DNA from: a virus
Taxonomy: Duplodnaviria; Caudoviricetes
DNA length: 34,623 bases
Reading direction: 5' to 3' (one strand)
Virus record (IMG/VR): IMGVR_UViG_3300048575_000501
Coordinates: 1 to 34,623 of that record
The translations under genes were made by a program, and so were the position numbers. Numbering within the stretch: position 1 is the first letter of the stretch; each line of letters opens with the position of its first letter. Of the stretch, positions 9,268-17,252 are shown piece by piece. The notes beneath the pieces were generated by a model. The model worked only from the letters and a program-made list of their open reading frames with translations, ran no database searches and was not told where the DNA came from.

Positions 9268-9747
9268 ATGATCGCATATGCCGACCGGAACATCGCGGCC
9301 CTGGGCGAGGACGAGGTCCTCGCCCGGACCATTTTTGCCGAAGCGCGTTCGGAACCTGAAGAGGGCCAGATCGCCATCGGCTATGTCATCAAGTACCGTG
9401 CTGCTCTCGCTAAGGCGTATGTGGCCAAGCATGGCCAGCCTCACCGCCTGTTCGGCGATGGCACCATCGCGGGGGCCTGTCTTGCGAGCTTCCGCGCGAT
9501 ACATCAGTTCAGCTGCTGGAACGAGAAAGACCCGAACCGAGCCAAGGCGCTGAAGGCCGATCACAGCGACCCGCGGTTCTGCCGTGCCCATCAGATCGCC
9601 CGCGACGTGATTGCCGGCAAGGCCGAAGACCGTCTGCTTGAGGCCACGCACTACTACAATCCGGACGTCGTGCGCATGCCGGGCTGGGCTAAGGGTCTGC
9701 CGTTCGCCTCAATCGGTCACCACCGGTTCTTCCGGTACGTGCCATGA
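9268..9747 (+). CDS. Endolysin, SleB/Hydrolase_2 cell-wall hydrolase family
   Basis: LARTIFAEARSEPEEGQIAIG..QFSCWN..ATHYY..PGW..IGHHRFF; alternative ATG at 9235. Confidence 0.9.
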   Translation: MIAYADRNIAALGEDEVLARTIFAEARSEPEEGQIAIGYVIKYRAALAKAYVAKHGQPHRLFGDGTIAGACLASFRAIHQFSCWNEKDPNRAKALKADHSDPRFCRAHQIARDVIAGKAEDRLLEATHYYNPDVVRMPGWAKGLPFASIGHHRFFRYVP

Positions 9748-9980
9748 CCAATCCGCTGCGGACAATTGCGACGGAAGATGCCGCCGATCGGGTGTGGTGC
9801 CCGATCCGGATCGGCTTCCTGTTCGCGTTTGCGTTCTTGCACGTGATGGTCGCCGTCGCCGTGATCGTCAAAGGTCAGCCCTTCGATCCGATCGCCTACG
9901 GCACCGCCGTCGCCGCGATGCTCGGCGGCGCGGGTGCGGGCATCTTTTTCAACGGGCGCTCGGAAGCGCCGAAGGGGTAA
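9744..9980 (+). CDS. Putative holin
   Basis: 78 aa, two hydrophobic segments, coupled to the endolysin. Confidence 0.65.
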   Translation: MTNPLRTIATEDAADRVWCPIRIGFLFAFAFLHVMVAVAVIVKGQPFDPIAYGTAVAAMLGGAGAGIFFNGRSEAPKG

Positions 9981-9985
9981 CGAAC

Positions 9986-10276
9986 ATGAATGATCCGAAA
10001 ACTCTCTGCATTGAAGGGCCGTTCGAAATTGAGATGAAAGTCGGCATCACGAATGACGAGCAGAGTGGCACCGTGACGTTCAGCTTTGGCCACGGCAAGA
10101 TGCCCACTGCCGATAACGTACAGGCCGCTATCGCCGAGTGTTCAAAGCAAGCCGCCGCGCAGGGGTTCAGGTTGATGGACCGCCACGAATATATGCAGGA
10201 TCAGCTCGGCCTCGCAGGTGTGGTTATTCCCGGACCTCGGAAGTTTCCTAGCTCGGATAAATGGGGCGCGCGCTGA
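9986..10276 (+). CDS. Hypothetical protein inserted in the lysis cassette (96 aa)
   Basis: GAAGGGG RBS, ATG 9986 (MNDPKTLCIEG); its TGA overlaps the next ATG. Confidence 0.6.
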   Translation: MNDPKTLCIEGPFEIEMKVGITNDEQSGTVTFSFGHGKMPTADNVQAAIAECSKQAAAQGFRLMDRHEYMQDQLGLAGVVIPGPRKFPSSDKWGAR

Positions 10277-11115
10277 TGTCCGGTATGCTCCCCACCGTTT
10301 CGCCCGCCACATCGTATCTCACGCTCATCAAATGGGGATTGATCGGTGCGCTGCTGATCGCCGTGCTGGTTGGCGGCATCGTGTTCGTCAACCGCGTCAA
10401 CGGCTGGCGAGCCGACAGCCAGGCGCTGCCGGCCGTGACCGATGCTCGCGATGCCGCGATCAAAGAACGCGACGACGCGCGTCAGGCCAAGGCTGACGAA
10501 GAAGTGAAGTTCGTCGGCACGCTTGGAAAGCTCGGCGAGCAGTTCGGTAAGCTGCAGGGCGATCTCGTCAAGCTGCAGTCTCAGATCGAGCGCGACCGCG
10601 CCGATCGCCAAACCGCCTACAACAACTTCCTGGAGGCCACACGCAATGTCCCGATTGATGCTCCGCTCGGCAGCGATGGCGATCTTCTCGTTCGTCGCGG
10701 CCTGCTCGACCTCCTCCGTAACCCCGACACCGGACTACTCTCCCGCGGTAGCGGCAGCGACGGTGCGGGTGGAGACGGCGCTGGCGTGTCCGGAGCCGCT
10801 CCCTTCTCTCACCCTGTGCCCGGACAACCAGCCGGCGCTGATCACCAAGACGGGAAAGCTGTGGTGCCCGCCGCCGGCCTGGGTGGTCGACAAGGTGCAA
10901 AGCGCGCCGCTGAAGGACGCCGCCGCCGCCGCGATCACCTGGGCACAGGACGAGCAAGAAGGGCGGCTGACGCTGGATCGGAGCTTCGGCAAGCCGTGCC
11001 GGGACAAGCTGAAGTCATCGCCCATATCACCGGCCGGCGCTGTGGGAAGCTCTTCGCCTCCAAAGTGATGACGATGGCGCTCGTGTTGTCCGGGGTCCAA
11101 GTGATCCATGGATGA
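10276..11115 (+). CDS. Inner-membrane spanin (Rz-like)
   Basis: N-terminal TM (WGLIGALLIAVLVGGIVFV), coiled-coil region, hosts a nested lipoprotein ORF. Confidence 0.75.
   Translation: MSGMLPTVSPATSYLTLIKWGLIGALLIAVLVGGIVFVNRVNGWRADSQALPAVTDARDAAIKERDDARQAKADEEVKFVGTLGKLGEQFGKLQGDLVKLQSQIERDRADRQTAYNNFLEATRNVPIDAPLGSDGDLLVRRGLLDLLRNPDTGLLSRGSGSDGAGGDGAGVSGAAPFSHPVPGQPAGADHQDGKAVVPAAGLGGRQGAKRAAEGRRRRRDHLGTGRARRAADAGSELRQAVPGQAEVIAHITGRRCGKLFASKVMTMALVLSGVQVIHG
10646..11068 (+). CDS. Outer-membrane lipoprotein spanin (Rz1-like), embedded in +1 frame
   Basis: GGAGG RBS; signal peptide MSRLMLRSAAMAIFSFVAA|C (lipobox Cys20); Pro/Cys-rich mature part. Confidence 0.75.
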   Translation: MSRLMLRSAAMAIFSFVAACSTSSVTPTPDYSPAVAAATVRVETALACPEPLPSLTLCPDNQPALITKTGKLWCPPPAWVVDKVQSAPLKDAAAAAITWAQDEQEGRLTLDRSFGKPCRDKLKSSPISPAGAVGSSSPPK

Positions 11116-11347
11116 GGTCGATGCGGCGCAGCGCTTTGAGCAAGCCCGGCGAGACGCTGCCCTCGCGCATCTGCGCGCCGAGCTGTCCGCCGCAGAAATG
11201 TCCGCTGCGATCAATGGCGACCGCGAGTGCTGCGAGGATTGCAGCGATCCAATTCCGCCAGAGCGACGCCGGGCAGTTCCTGGAGCAACACGGTGCACGT
11301 CCTGCCAGGAAATTCACGAACGCACGATGAGAATGCGGGGACCATAA
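11108..11347 (+). CDS. TraR/DksA C4-type zinc-finger protein
   Basis: N-terminal DEVDAA (DxxDxA) and CEDC..IPPERRRAVPGATRCTSCQ. Confidence 0.92.
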   Translation: MDEVDAAQRFEQARRDAALAHLRAELSAAEMSAAINGDRECCEDCSDPIPPERRRAVPGATRCTSCQEIHERTMRMRGP

Positions 11348-11712
11348 TGTCGAGTTGGAATGCCGATACCTGGATCGCGCTGATCGCGTTGCTGCTGAGC
11401 GGTCTATCGCTGGCTGGCGTGATTGCATTTTACGTGATCCGCAACACGTCGAAGGATGAGGCTGACGACGCCATCAAGCCTCTCGAAGAGAAGATCGATA
11501 ACCACGAGCAGCGCATCACGACGATTGAAGCACGCGAAGGTCTCGGCGCCAGCAAAGACGATTTGGCCAAGCTCTCGCGAGAAGTCGCGGAACTCTCCGG
11601 CGAAATTCGAGGCGTCAATCGCCACATCGACAACTTCGCCGGAGAAATGAAGGGCGTGCGCTTGTCGGTTGAACGGGTCAACGACTATCTCTTGCGAGAG
11701 AAACTGAGATGA
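11347..11712 (+). CDS. Mu gp25-like (DUF2730-like) membrane coiled-coil protein
   Basis: N-terminal TM then coiled coil (HEQRITTIEA..SKDDL..L.GEI); synteny before gp26/gp27. Confidence 0.7.
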   Translation: MSSWNADTWIALIALLLSGLSLAGVIAFYVIRNTSKDEADDAIKPLEEKIDNHEQRITTIEAREGLGASKDDLAKLSREVAELSGEIRGVNRHIDNFAGEMKGVRLSVERVNDYLLREKLR

Positions 11713-12014
11713 ACGGGTTTGCTGAAGCATTGGCCGAGGACCGGCGCCTTGCCGAATTGAAGTTGCTGTTGGAGGCAGGCGGCAGCGCGAACGAGAGCGT
11801 GCTTGAAACCGGCCTGGAAGCGCTCGGTCATACCACGGCGTTGACGCGTGAGAATATCCGAGCCGACCTGAAGTTCCTGGAAGATCGCGCGCTCGTGCGG
11901 CTTTCGTACTTCAACGACAAGATTTGTGTTGCTCATATCACGCGCCGAGGTGTCGAGGTGGCCGAGGGCAGAACGAAGGTCGAAGGCATCAAGCGCCCCT
12001 CGATCGGGGAGTAA
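11709..12014 (+). CDS. Mu gp26-like winged-helix protein
   Basis: EDRRLA.L.LL..ANESVL..L.FLE..LV..ITRRGVEVAEGR..VEGIKRP. Confidence 0.8.
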   Translation: MNGFAEALAEDRRLAELKLLLEAGGSANESVLETGLEALGHTTALTRENIRADLKFLEDRALVRLSYFNDKICVAHITRRGVEVAEGRTKVEGIKRPSIGE

Positions 12015-12017
12015 GCC

Positions 12018-12581
12018 ATGGGACGCCCTTCCTCCGTCGATAAGCTCGATCCGACGATCCGTGCCGAGATCAATCGGCTGAAGATCGAGCGCGGGTTCAC
12101 GATCGACCAGATCGTTGAGCACATGAAGACGATGGGCGTGACGACGATCAGCCGGTCGGCCATGGGGCGTCACGTCAAAAAGCTGGAGGAAGTCGGCGCA
12201 CGCATTCGCGAGGCCCGTGCCGTTGCTGAAGGGATTGCCCCGACGCTAGCTGGAAAAGATGACGGCCAGCTTCTCAACATGAACGTCGAGCTTCTCCATG
12301 GCGCCATCATGCGTATGGCGTCTGCGACCGACGAGGAAGGTGAAGACGTCCAGCTCAAGCCGTCCGAGGCGATGGCGATCGGCAAGGCGCTCGAATGCGC
12401 ATCGAAAGCAGCGGCGATCAACGCTAACCGCGTGCTGAAGATCAAGCAGGAAGCCGCGAAGGAAACGGCAAAGAAGGCTGCCGAGGTGGTGCAAAAGGCA
12501 CTTGAAACCGATGCACCAGGTCTTTCTGCCGGAACGGTTGACAAGATCATGCATCAAGTACTTGGGGTGGCGAAGACGTGA
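12018..12581 (+). CDS. Terminase small subunit (Mu gp27 / DUF3486 family)
   Basis: MGRPSSVDKLDP.IRAEI..TIDQI..ISRSAMGRH; C-terminal GLSAGTVDKI..LG. Confidence 0.88.
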   Translation: MGRPSSVDKLDPTIRAEINRLKIERGFTIDQIVEHMKTMGVTTISRSAMGRHVKKLEEVGARIREARAVAEGIAPTLAGKDDGQLLNMNVELLHGAIMRMASATDEEGEDVQLKPSEAMAIGKALECASKAAAINANRVLKIKQEAAKETAKKAAEVVQKALETDAPGLSAGTVDKIMHQVLGVAKT

Positions 12582-14092
12582 GCGAGGTCCCCAAACACCA
12601 AGGCCAAGCCCTTCCCGCCGCGCTGGATGGCCTCCCGCGCGGCAATCTTCTGCTTGGTTACCAGCAACAGGCCTTCATGATGCTGGCGCACTTTGCGCTG
12701 CTGGTCATTGAGAAATCGCGGCGCATCGGTCTGACCTGGGGGCTTGCGGCATGGGCGGTTCTAAAGGGAGCTGCGTCGCGGATCGCCGGTGGCTCTGACG
12801 TTTTCTACATCAGCTACTCGCGTGAAATGACGCGTGAGTTCATCGACGCCTGTGCCATGTGGGCTAAGGCGTTTGCCCTGGTGGCGGGAGAAACTTCGCT
12901 TGTTGGCGAGTTTGTCTTTGACGATCAGGACGAACACGGCAACACCAAGCAGATCCAGGCTTTCCGGATACAGTTTGCATCGGGCTTCCAAATCGTTGCT
13001 CTGTCGAGCGCGCCGCGATCGTTGCGCGGCATGCAGGGCGCGGTGATCGTCGACGAGGCGGCGTTCGTCGACAACCTTGCCGAGCTGCTTAAAGCGGCAA
13101 TGGCGCTGTTGATGTGGGGCGGTCAGGTTATCGTGGTTTCGACCCATAACGGCGTCGACAATCCGTTCAACACGCTGCTCGATCAGATCAAATCCGGCAA
13201 GCGCAAAGGCGGCTATGTCACCATTACATTTGCGGATGCGATGGCCCAAGGCCTTTATGAGCGCATCTGCCTTGTGACGGGCAAGACACCGACCCCCGAG
13301 GGAAAGATTGAGTTCGAGCGCGATATCCGCGATTTCTACGGCGAAGACGCCGCCGAAGAACTTGACTGCATTCCGAAGGCGGGCGCTGGCGGGTATCTTG
13401 ATCCGGCCGACATCTCCGCCTGCGAACACGAGGATGCCGGCAATCCCGAAAAATATGAGGGCGGCCTCTCGGTGATCGGACGCGACGTGGCTCGCCGACG
13501 CGACCTCGCCGTGATCTGGCCGTTTGAAATTACCAAAGATGGCCACCTATGGCTGCGAGAGCGCTATGAGGGCAAGAAGGTAAAGTTCGCCGAGCAGGAC
13601 GCCGTGTTCGAACGGATGTTCAAGCAATACCACGTCATGCGTGCGTGCATTGACCAGACAGGTATGGGCGAGAAGGTGGTGGAAGACCTTCAGACGGCGA
13701 TGGGCAGCGATCGCATCGTCGGTGTCATCCTGTCGCCAACCAACCGGCTTGACGTAGCGATCGCACTGAAGAAGCGGATCGAAGCTCATACCATCCATTT
13801 TCCGCCATCTCCGGAGATCCGCACCGACCTGAAGGCGATCAAGAAGGCCAAGGGCACGGGCGATACCGTTCGTCTGATCAACGACGACACCGTGCATGCC
13901 GACATGTTTTGGGCAGCTGGCCTCGCTTGCATGGCGGCGGAAACAGATCCACTAACCTGCCGCGGCTTCATCGCCGTCCCGAAGACGGCGGGGAAATACG
14001 ACATCCGCGGCGATGATGACGGCCGCTTCCGGATGCGCGCCGATGAGCCGGTGTCGCACGGAAACTGGGGCGGACGCGGAGGGGTGTGGTGA
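12578..14092 (+). CDS. Terminase large subunit (Mu gp28-like)
   Basis: LLGYQ, EKSRRIGLTW, LRGMQG.VIVDEAAF, STHNG, GRDVARRRD, IDQTGMG, HADMFWA. Confidence 0.95.
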   Translation: MSEVPKHQGQALPAALDGLPRGNLLLGYQQQAFMMLAHFALLVIEKSRRIGLTWGLAAWAVLKGAASRIAGGSDVFYISYSREMTREFIDACAMWAKAFALVAGETSLVGEFVFDDQDEHGNTKQIQAFRIQFASGFQIVALSSAPRSLRGMQGAVIVDEAAFVDNLAELLKAAMALLMWGGQVIVVSTHNGVDNPFNTLLDQIKSGKRKGGYVTITFADAMAQGLYERICLVTGKTPTPEGKIEFERDIRDFYGEDAAEELDCIPKAGAGGYLDPADISACEHEDAGNPEKYEGGLSVIGRDVARRRDLAVIWPFEITKDGHLWLRERYEGKKVKFAEQDAVFERMFKQYHVMRACIDQTGMGEKVVEDLQTAMGSDRIVGVILSPTNRLDVAIALKKRIEAHTIHFPPSPEIRTDLKAIKKAKGTGDTVRLINDDTVHADMFWAAGLACMAAETDPLTCRGFIAVPKTAGKYDIRGDDDGRFRMRADEPVSHGNWGGRGGVW

Positions 14093-14349
14093 TGGCCAAG
14101 ATATTGGCAAAGCGCATTTCCGTCCGCCTGTCCATGAATGACGCTTGCACGATTTGGGCGATGTTCAAAGCACAGCGCGAGCTGATCGGCGACAAAATCC
14201 GCGTCGTCGAGAAGTACCCAGACAGCTGCAGCCCCGAGGCGCTGGAAAAGCTCAAGAACTATCATCGCGAAATCGACGAGCGGCAGCGGCGGTTCGAACA
14301 AGGCATTTCGGACACGCAGCTTCGCAACATCCTTAGAAGGGAATGCTAA
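14092..14349 (+). CDS. Hypothetical protein between terminase and portal (85 aa)
   Basis: GGAGG RBS; TGATG and TAATG couplings on both sides. Confidence 0.65.
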   Translation: MAKILAKRISVRLSMNDACTIWAMFKAQRELIGDKIRVVEKYPDSCSPEALEKLKNYHREIDERQRRFEQGISDTQLRNILRREC

Positions 14350-15938
14350 TGCCCGAGTTCTATCCCATCGTGGATTATCTCGGCCGGCCGATCCAGAAGC
14401 CGGACCTGTTGACGCCGATCGCGCGTGCCTCCGTCATGGGTGTGCGACAAGCCGTGACGTCCGGCGTATCGAATGGCATGACGCCGCAGCGGATGGCTTC
14501 GATACTGCGCGAGAGCGAAGACGGCGACCCCGAGCGCTATATGCAGCTCGCGGAGGAAATGGAGGAGCGAGATCCGCATTACCTGTCGGTGCTGGGAACC
14601 CGTAAGCGGCAGGTGAGCCAGCTCGACATCACTGTGGAGGCGGCGAGCGAGGATGATCCCGACGACCAGGCTAATGCTGACCTGGTCAGCGCCCTGAACG
14701 ACAGTGGCGTGATCGACGACGCCCTATTCGACATGTTGGATGCTGTGGGCAAGGGCTTCTCGGTCAGTGAAGTGATGTGGGAGTTCAGCGCGACACGCTG
14801 GATGCCGAAGGCGATCGAATGGGTCGACCCGCGGTTTATCGATTGGGACCGCGACACGCGGCGTATCCCGTTGTTGATCAGGGACGACGGAACGCGGGAA
14901 CCGCTGAAGCCGGGCAAGTTCCTGTTTCTTCAGATCAAGGCCAAGAGCGGTATTCCAATCAGGAGCGGCATCGCCCGGGCCATCGCCTTCAACTGGATGT
15001 GCAAGAACTTCACCATCAAGGAGTGGATGCAGTTCGGCGAGATCTACGGCCTGCCATTCCGCATTGGTAAATATCCGCAAGGTGCCAGCGAAGAAGACAT
15101 CAATATGCTGCTTCGCGCTGTGTCGCAGCTTGCGGCCGACGCCGCGGGCGTGATCCCGCAATCGATGCAGCTTGAACTCGTGCGAGCTGAGGGCTCATCG
15201 ATGGGCCATCTGCTTTTTTCGGGGATGGCCGACTATTTCGACAAGCAGACGTCGAAGCTGGTCCTTGGACAGACTGGAACAACGGACGCAACACCCGGTC
15301 AGCTCGGCAGCGGCCAGGACCACACCGAGGTAAGGCGCGACATCGAGACGAGCGACGCCCACATCCTTGAAGCCTGTCTCAACCGCCAGCTCATCCGGCC
15401 GTTCATCGACATCAACCGCGGGCGCCAGAAGCGCTATCCCTGGCTGCATATCGGCCGTCCGGATGGCAAGGATGCCAAGTTGATGGCCGACATTGCGCAG
15501 ATCCTCGTGCCGATGGGCGCCGAGATCGACGCATCACAGATCACGTCCGCCGCTGGTTTCACCGCGCCCGGCAAGAACGCGAAGCTGTTGACGCCGCCGC
15601 AGCAGGGTTTGAGCTTGCCGTTTGGTCTGCCGTCGAACCCACCGGCGGCGCCGACAGCTAAAGCACAGATGGCGCGCGCGTTGCTGGCGGCTCTTGCCGG
15701 AACAACTCCCGACGCGATCGAACGCGCCGCGCAAGAGCAGGCCGGCGACTGGATGGTGCTGCAGCCCGCCGTCGAGCAGATCGCCGAGGTGCTGGCCACG
15801 GCGAAAAATGGAGATGATGCGATCGCGCGGTTGGAGGCGCTGGCGCCGAACCTCGACACGCGCGCCCTAGGTGAGCGCCTGGCGCGGGCAAACTTTCAGG
15901 CGCTCGCAGCCGGCATTCTCGGGAACAAGCTGAAATGA
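14349..15938 (+). CDS. Portal protein (Mu gp29 / DUF935 family)
   Basis: MTPQRMASILR..LAEEMEERDPHY.SVLGTRK..LDAVGKGFSVSE.MW..EIYGLPFRIGKY..SKLVLGQT. Confidence 0.95.
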   Translation: MPEFYPIVDYLGRPIQKPDLLTPIARASVMGVRQAVTSGVSNGMTPQRMASILRESEDGDPERYMQLAEEMEERDPHYLSVLGTRKRQVSQLDITVEAASEDDPDDQANADLVSALNDSGVIDDALFDMLDAVGKGFSVSEVMWEFSATRWMPKAIEWVDPRFIDWDRDTRRIPLLIRDDGTREPLKPGKFLFLQIKAKSGIPIRSGIARAIAFNWMCKNFTIKEWMQFGEIYGLPFRIGKYPQGASEEDINMLLRAVSQLAADAAGVIPQSMQLELVRAEGSSMGHLLFSGMADYFDKQTSKLVLGQTGTTDATPGQLGSGQDHTEVRRDIETSDAHILEACLNRQLIRPFIDINRGRQKRYPWLHIGRPDGKDAKLMADIAQILVPMGAEIDASQITSAAGFTAPGKNAKLLTPPQQGLSLPFGLPSNPPAAPTAKAQMARALLAALAGTTPDAIERAAQEQAGDWMVLQPAVEQIAEVLATAKNGDDAIARLEALAPNLDTRALGERLARANFQALAAGILGNKLK

Positions 15939-16138
15939 GCAAAGAGGAATATTCCGCAGCCGAAGTCCGCCACACAATGTGCGTGTTGGCTTCGAATGCC
16001 TTCAGGCTCGGCATGACCGACCTTGGCTTTGTCTATTCGGAGGCCGCAAGGCGGGGCCTTAGTTTTTGCGGCCCCTATCTGGGGCTCAATCACCAGAACT
16101 GCCGGTGCACATTAATTCCCTTGGATCGCCATGCCTGA
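15935..16138 (+). CDS. Small hypothetical protein with HxNCRC motif
   Basis: ATGA-coupled 67-aa ORF between portal and gpF. Confidence 0.5.
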   Translation: MSKEEYSAAEVRHTMCVLASNAFRLGMTDLGFVYSEAARRGLSFCGPYLGLNHQNCRCTLIPLDRHA

Positions 16139-16901
16139 TCTTCAGATCCACGATATTTCGCCGGACGCCTTCATCCGTGTGCTGGAGCGGCGGGCGCAGA
16201 ACCCGATCAGAAGCTTTTCGTGGTGGGATGTCTGGCAACAGCAGCATAGCCAAGGTTTCACCGTCGCGAAGTCGGCCGGCTTCGACATCATCAACGATGT
16301 TTTGGACGCCGTTAAAAAGGCTCTTAAGAACGGCGAAACCGAAAAGGACTTCATTCGTCAGCTGCAGCCGGTCCTGATTGATAAGGGCTGGTGGGGACGT
16401 AAAGAGGTCACCGATCCGGCAACCGGCGAGGTGATCAACGCGCAGCTCGGCAGCCCGCGCCGGCTCGGCATCATTTACGACACCAACATGCGCATGAGCT
16501 TCGCCGCCGGTAATTGGGCAGGCTATCAGCGAAACAAGGGCGGGCGACCATATCTGCTCTACGACGCGGTGCATGATCATCGCACGCGCGCGGAGCATCG
16601 CGACTGGGGCGGCGTGGATGACGGCAAGCCGATGTGCCTGCACATGGACGATCCATGGTGGTCGACGCACTATCCTCCCAATGGCTGGCGCTGCCGCTGT
16701 GGAACACGCTCGTTGAGTGAGGAGGAATATCTCAATCTCGTCGCCGCCGGCCGGTGCAAGACCCACGCACCGCCGATCGCCTGGCAAAACGTCATCAACC
16801 TGCGCACCGGCCAGCCCTTCCAGGTGCCAAAGGGCATCGATCCCGGGTTCGGTTACAACGTCGGTCAGGCCTTCATGGCCGCCCTGGCCGCGGCGGCGTG
16901 A
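16131..16901 (+). CDS. Head morphogenesis protein (Mu gpF / gp30 family), short form
   Basis: FTVAKSAG..KGWWG..GSPRRL.IIYDTN..RPYL.Y..D.RTR.EH..DDPWW..HYPPNGWRCRC..GIDPGFGYN.G. Confidence 0.93.
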   Translation: MPDLQIHDISPDAFIRVLERRAQNPIRSFSWWDVWQQQHSQGFTVAKSAGFDIINDVLDAVKKALKNGETEKDFIRQLQPVLIDKGWWGRKEVTDPATGEVINAQLGSPRRLGIIYDTNMRMSFAAGNWAGYQRNKGGRPYLLYDAVHDHRTRAEHRDWGGVDDGKPMCLHMDDPWWSTHYPPNGWRCRCGTRSLSEEEYLNLVAAGRCKTHAPPIAWQNVINLRTGQPFQVPKGIDPGFGYNVGQAFMAALAAAA

Positions 16902-17194
16902 CCTAGGGGGCGTTTTTGGGGAAAGCCGCCACCGCCTAGGAAGCCCCAGGACGGCCGTCCCCACCCTGGCCGGTCCCTGCCTACCCAAAGTCAGGGCTAG
17001 GGATATTTTGGACATATTTTGAGCCCCCTGGCGGGAACCTGACGGGCCGGTCACCCCGCCAAACCCGTCTCGCCGGGTCATCCCCCCTCCAAATCGGGTC
17101 GGAAAGGGGGTAGGAAGGGGGTGCGCGCCTGCTTCGGCGCCCCCCGATGCCCGCCGTTTCCGACCGGCGCTCATGCTCCCCACCACCACGCACC

Positions 17195-17243
17195 GCCTTT
17201 GAATTTTTTCAGAGGCCACGACCAGGCCGACGCACGCCATGGT
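17195..17243 (+). promoter_or_regulatory. Putative late (head, PI-like) promoter
   Basis: GCCTTTGAA-TTTT-TTCAGAGGC (17195-17216), then CATGGT at 17238-17243, same spacing as the 9212 copy. Confidence 0.75.
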
Positions 17244-17252
17244 GCGGGCCTC

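Noticed and set aside
16131-16901. gpF as a MuF polymorphic toxin
   Set aside because: The protein ends right after the MuF domain, with no C-terminal toxin extension and no downstream immunity ORF
17121-17252. Longest-ORF upstream starts (17121, also 2052, 3139, 6656, 9611, 18311, 19836, 27592, 28594)
   Set aside because: The extensions overlap neighbouring genes or promoter motifs; downstream ATGs with RBS or stop-start coupling fit better
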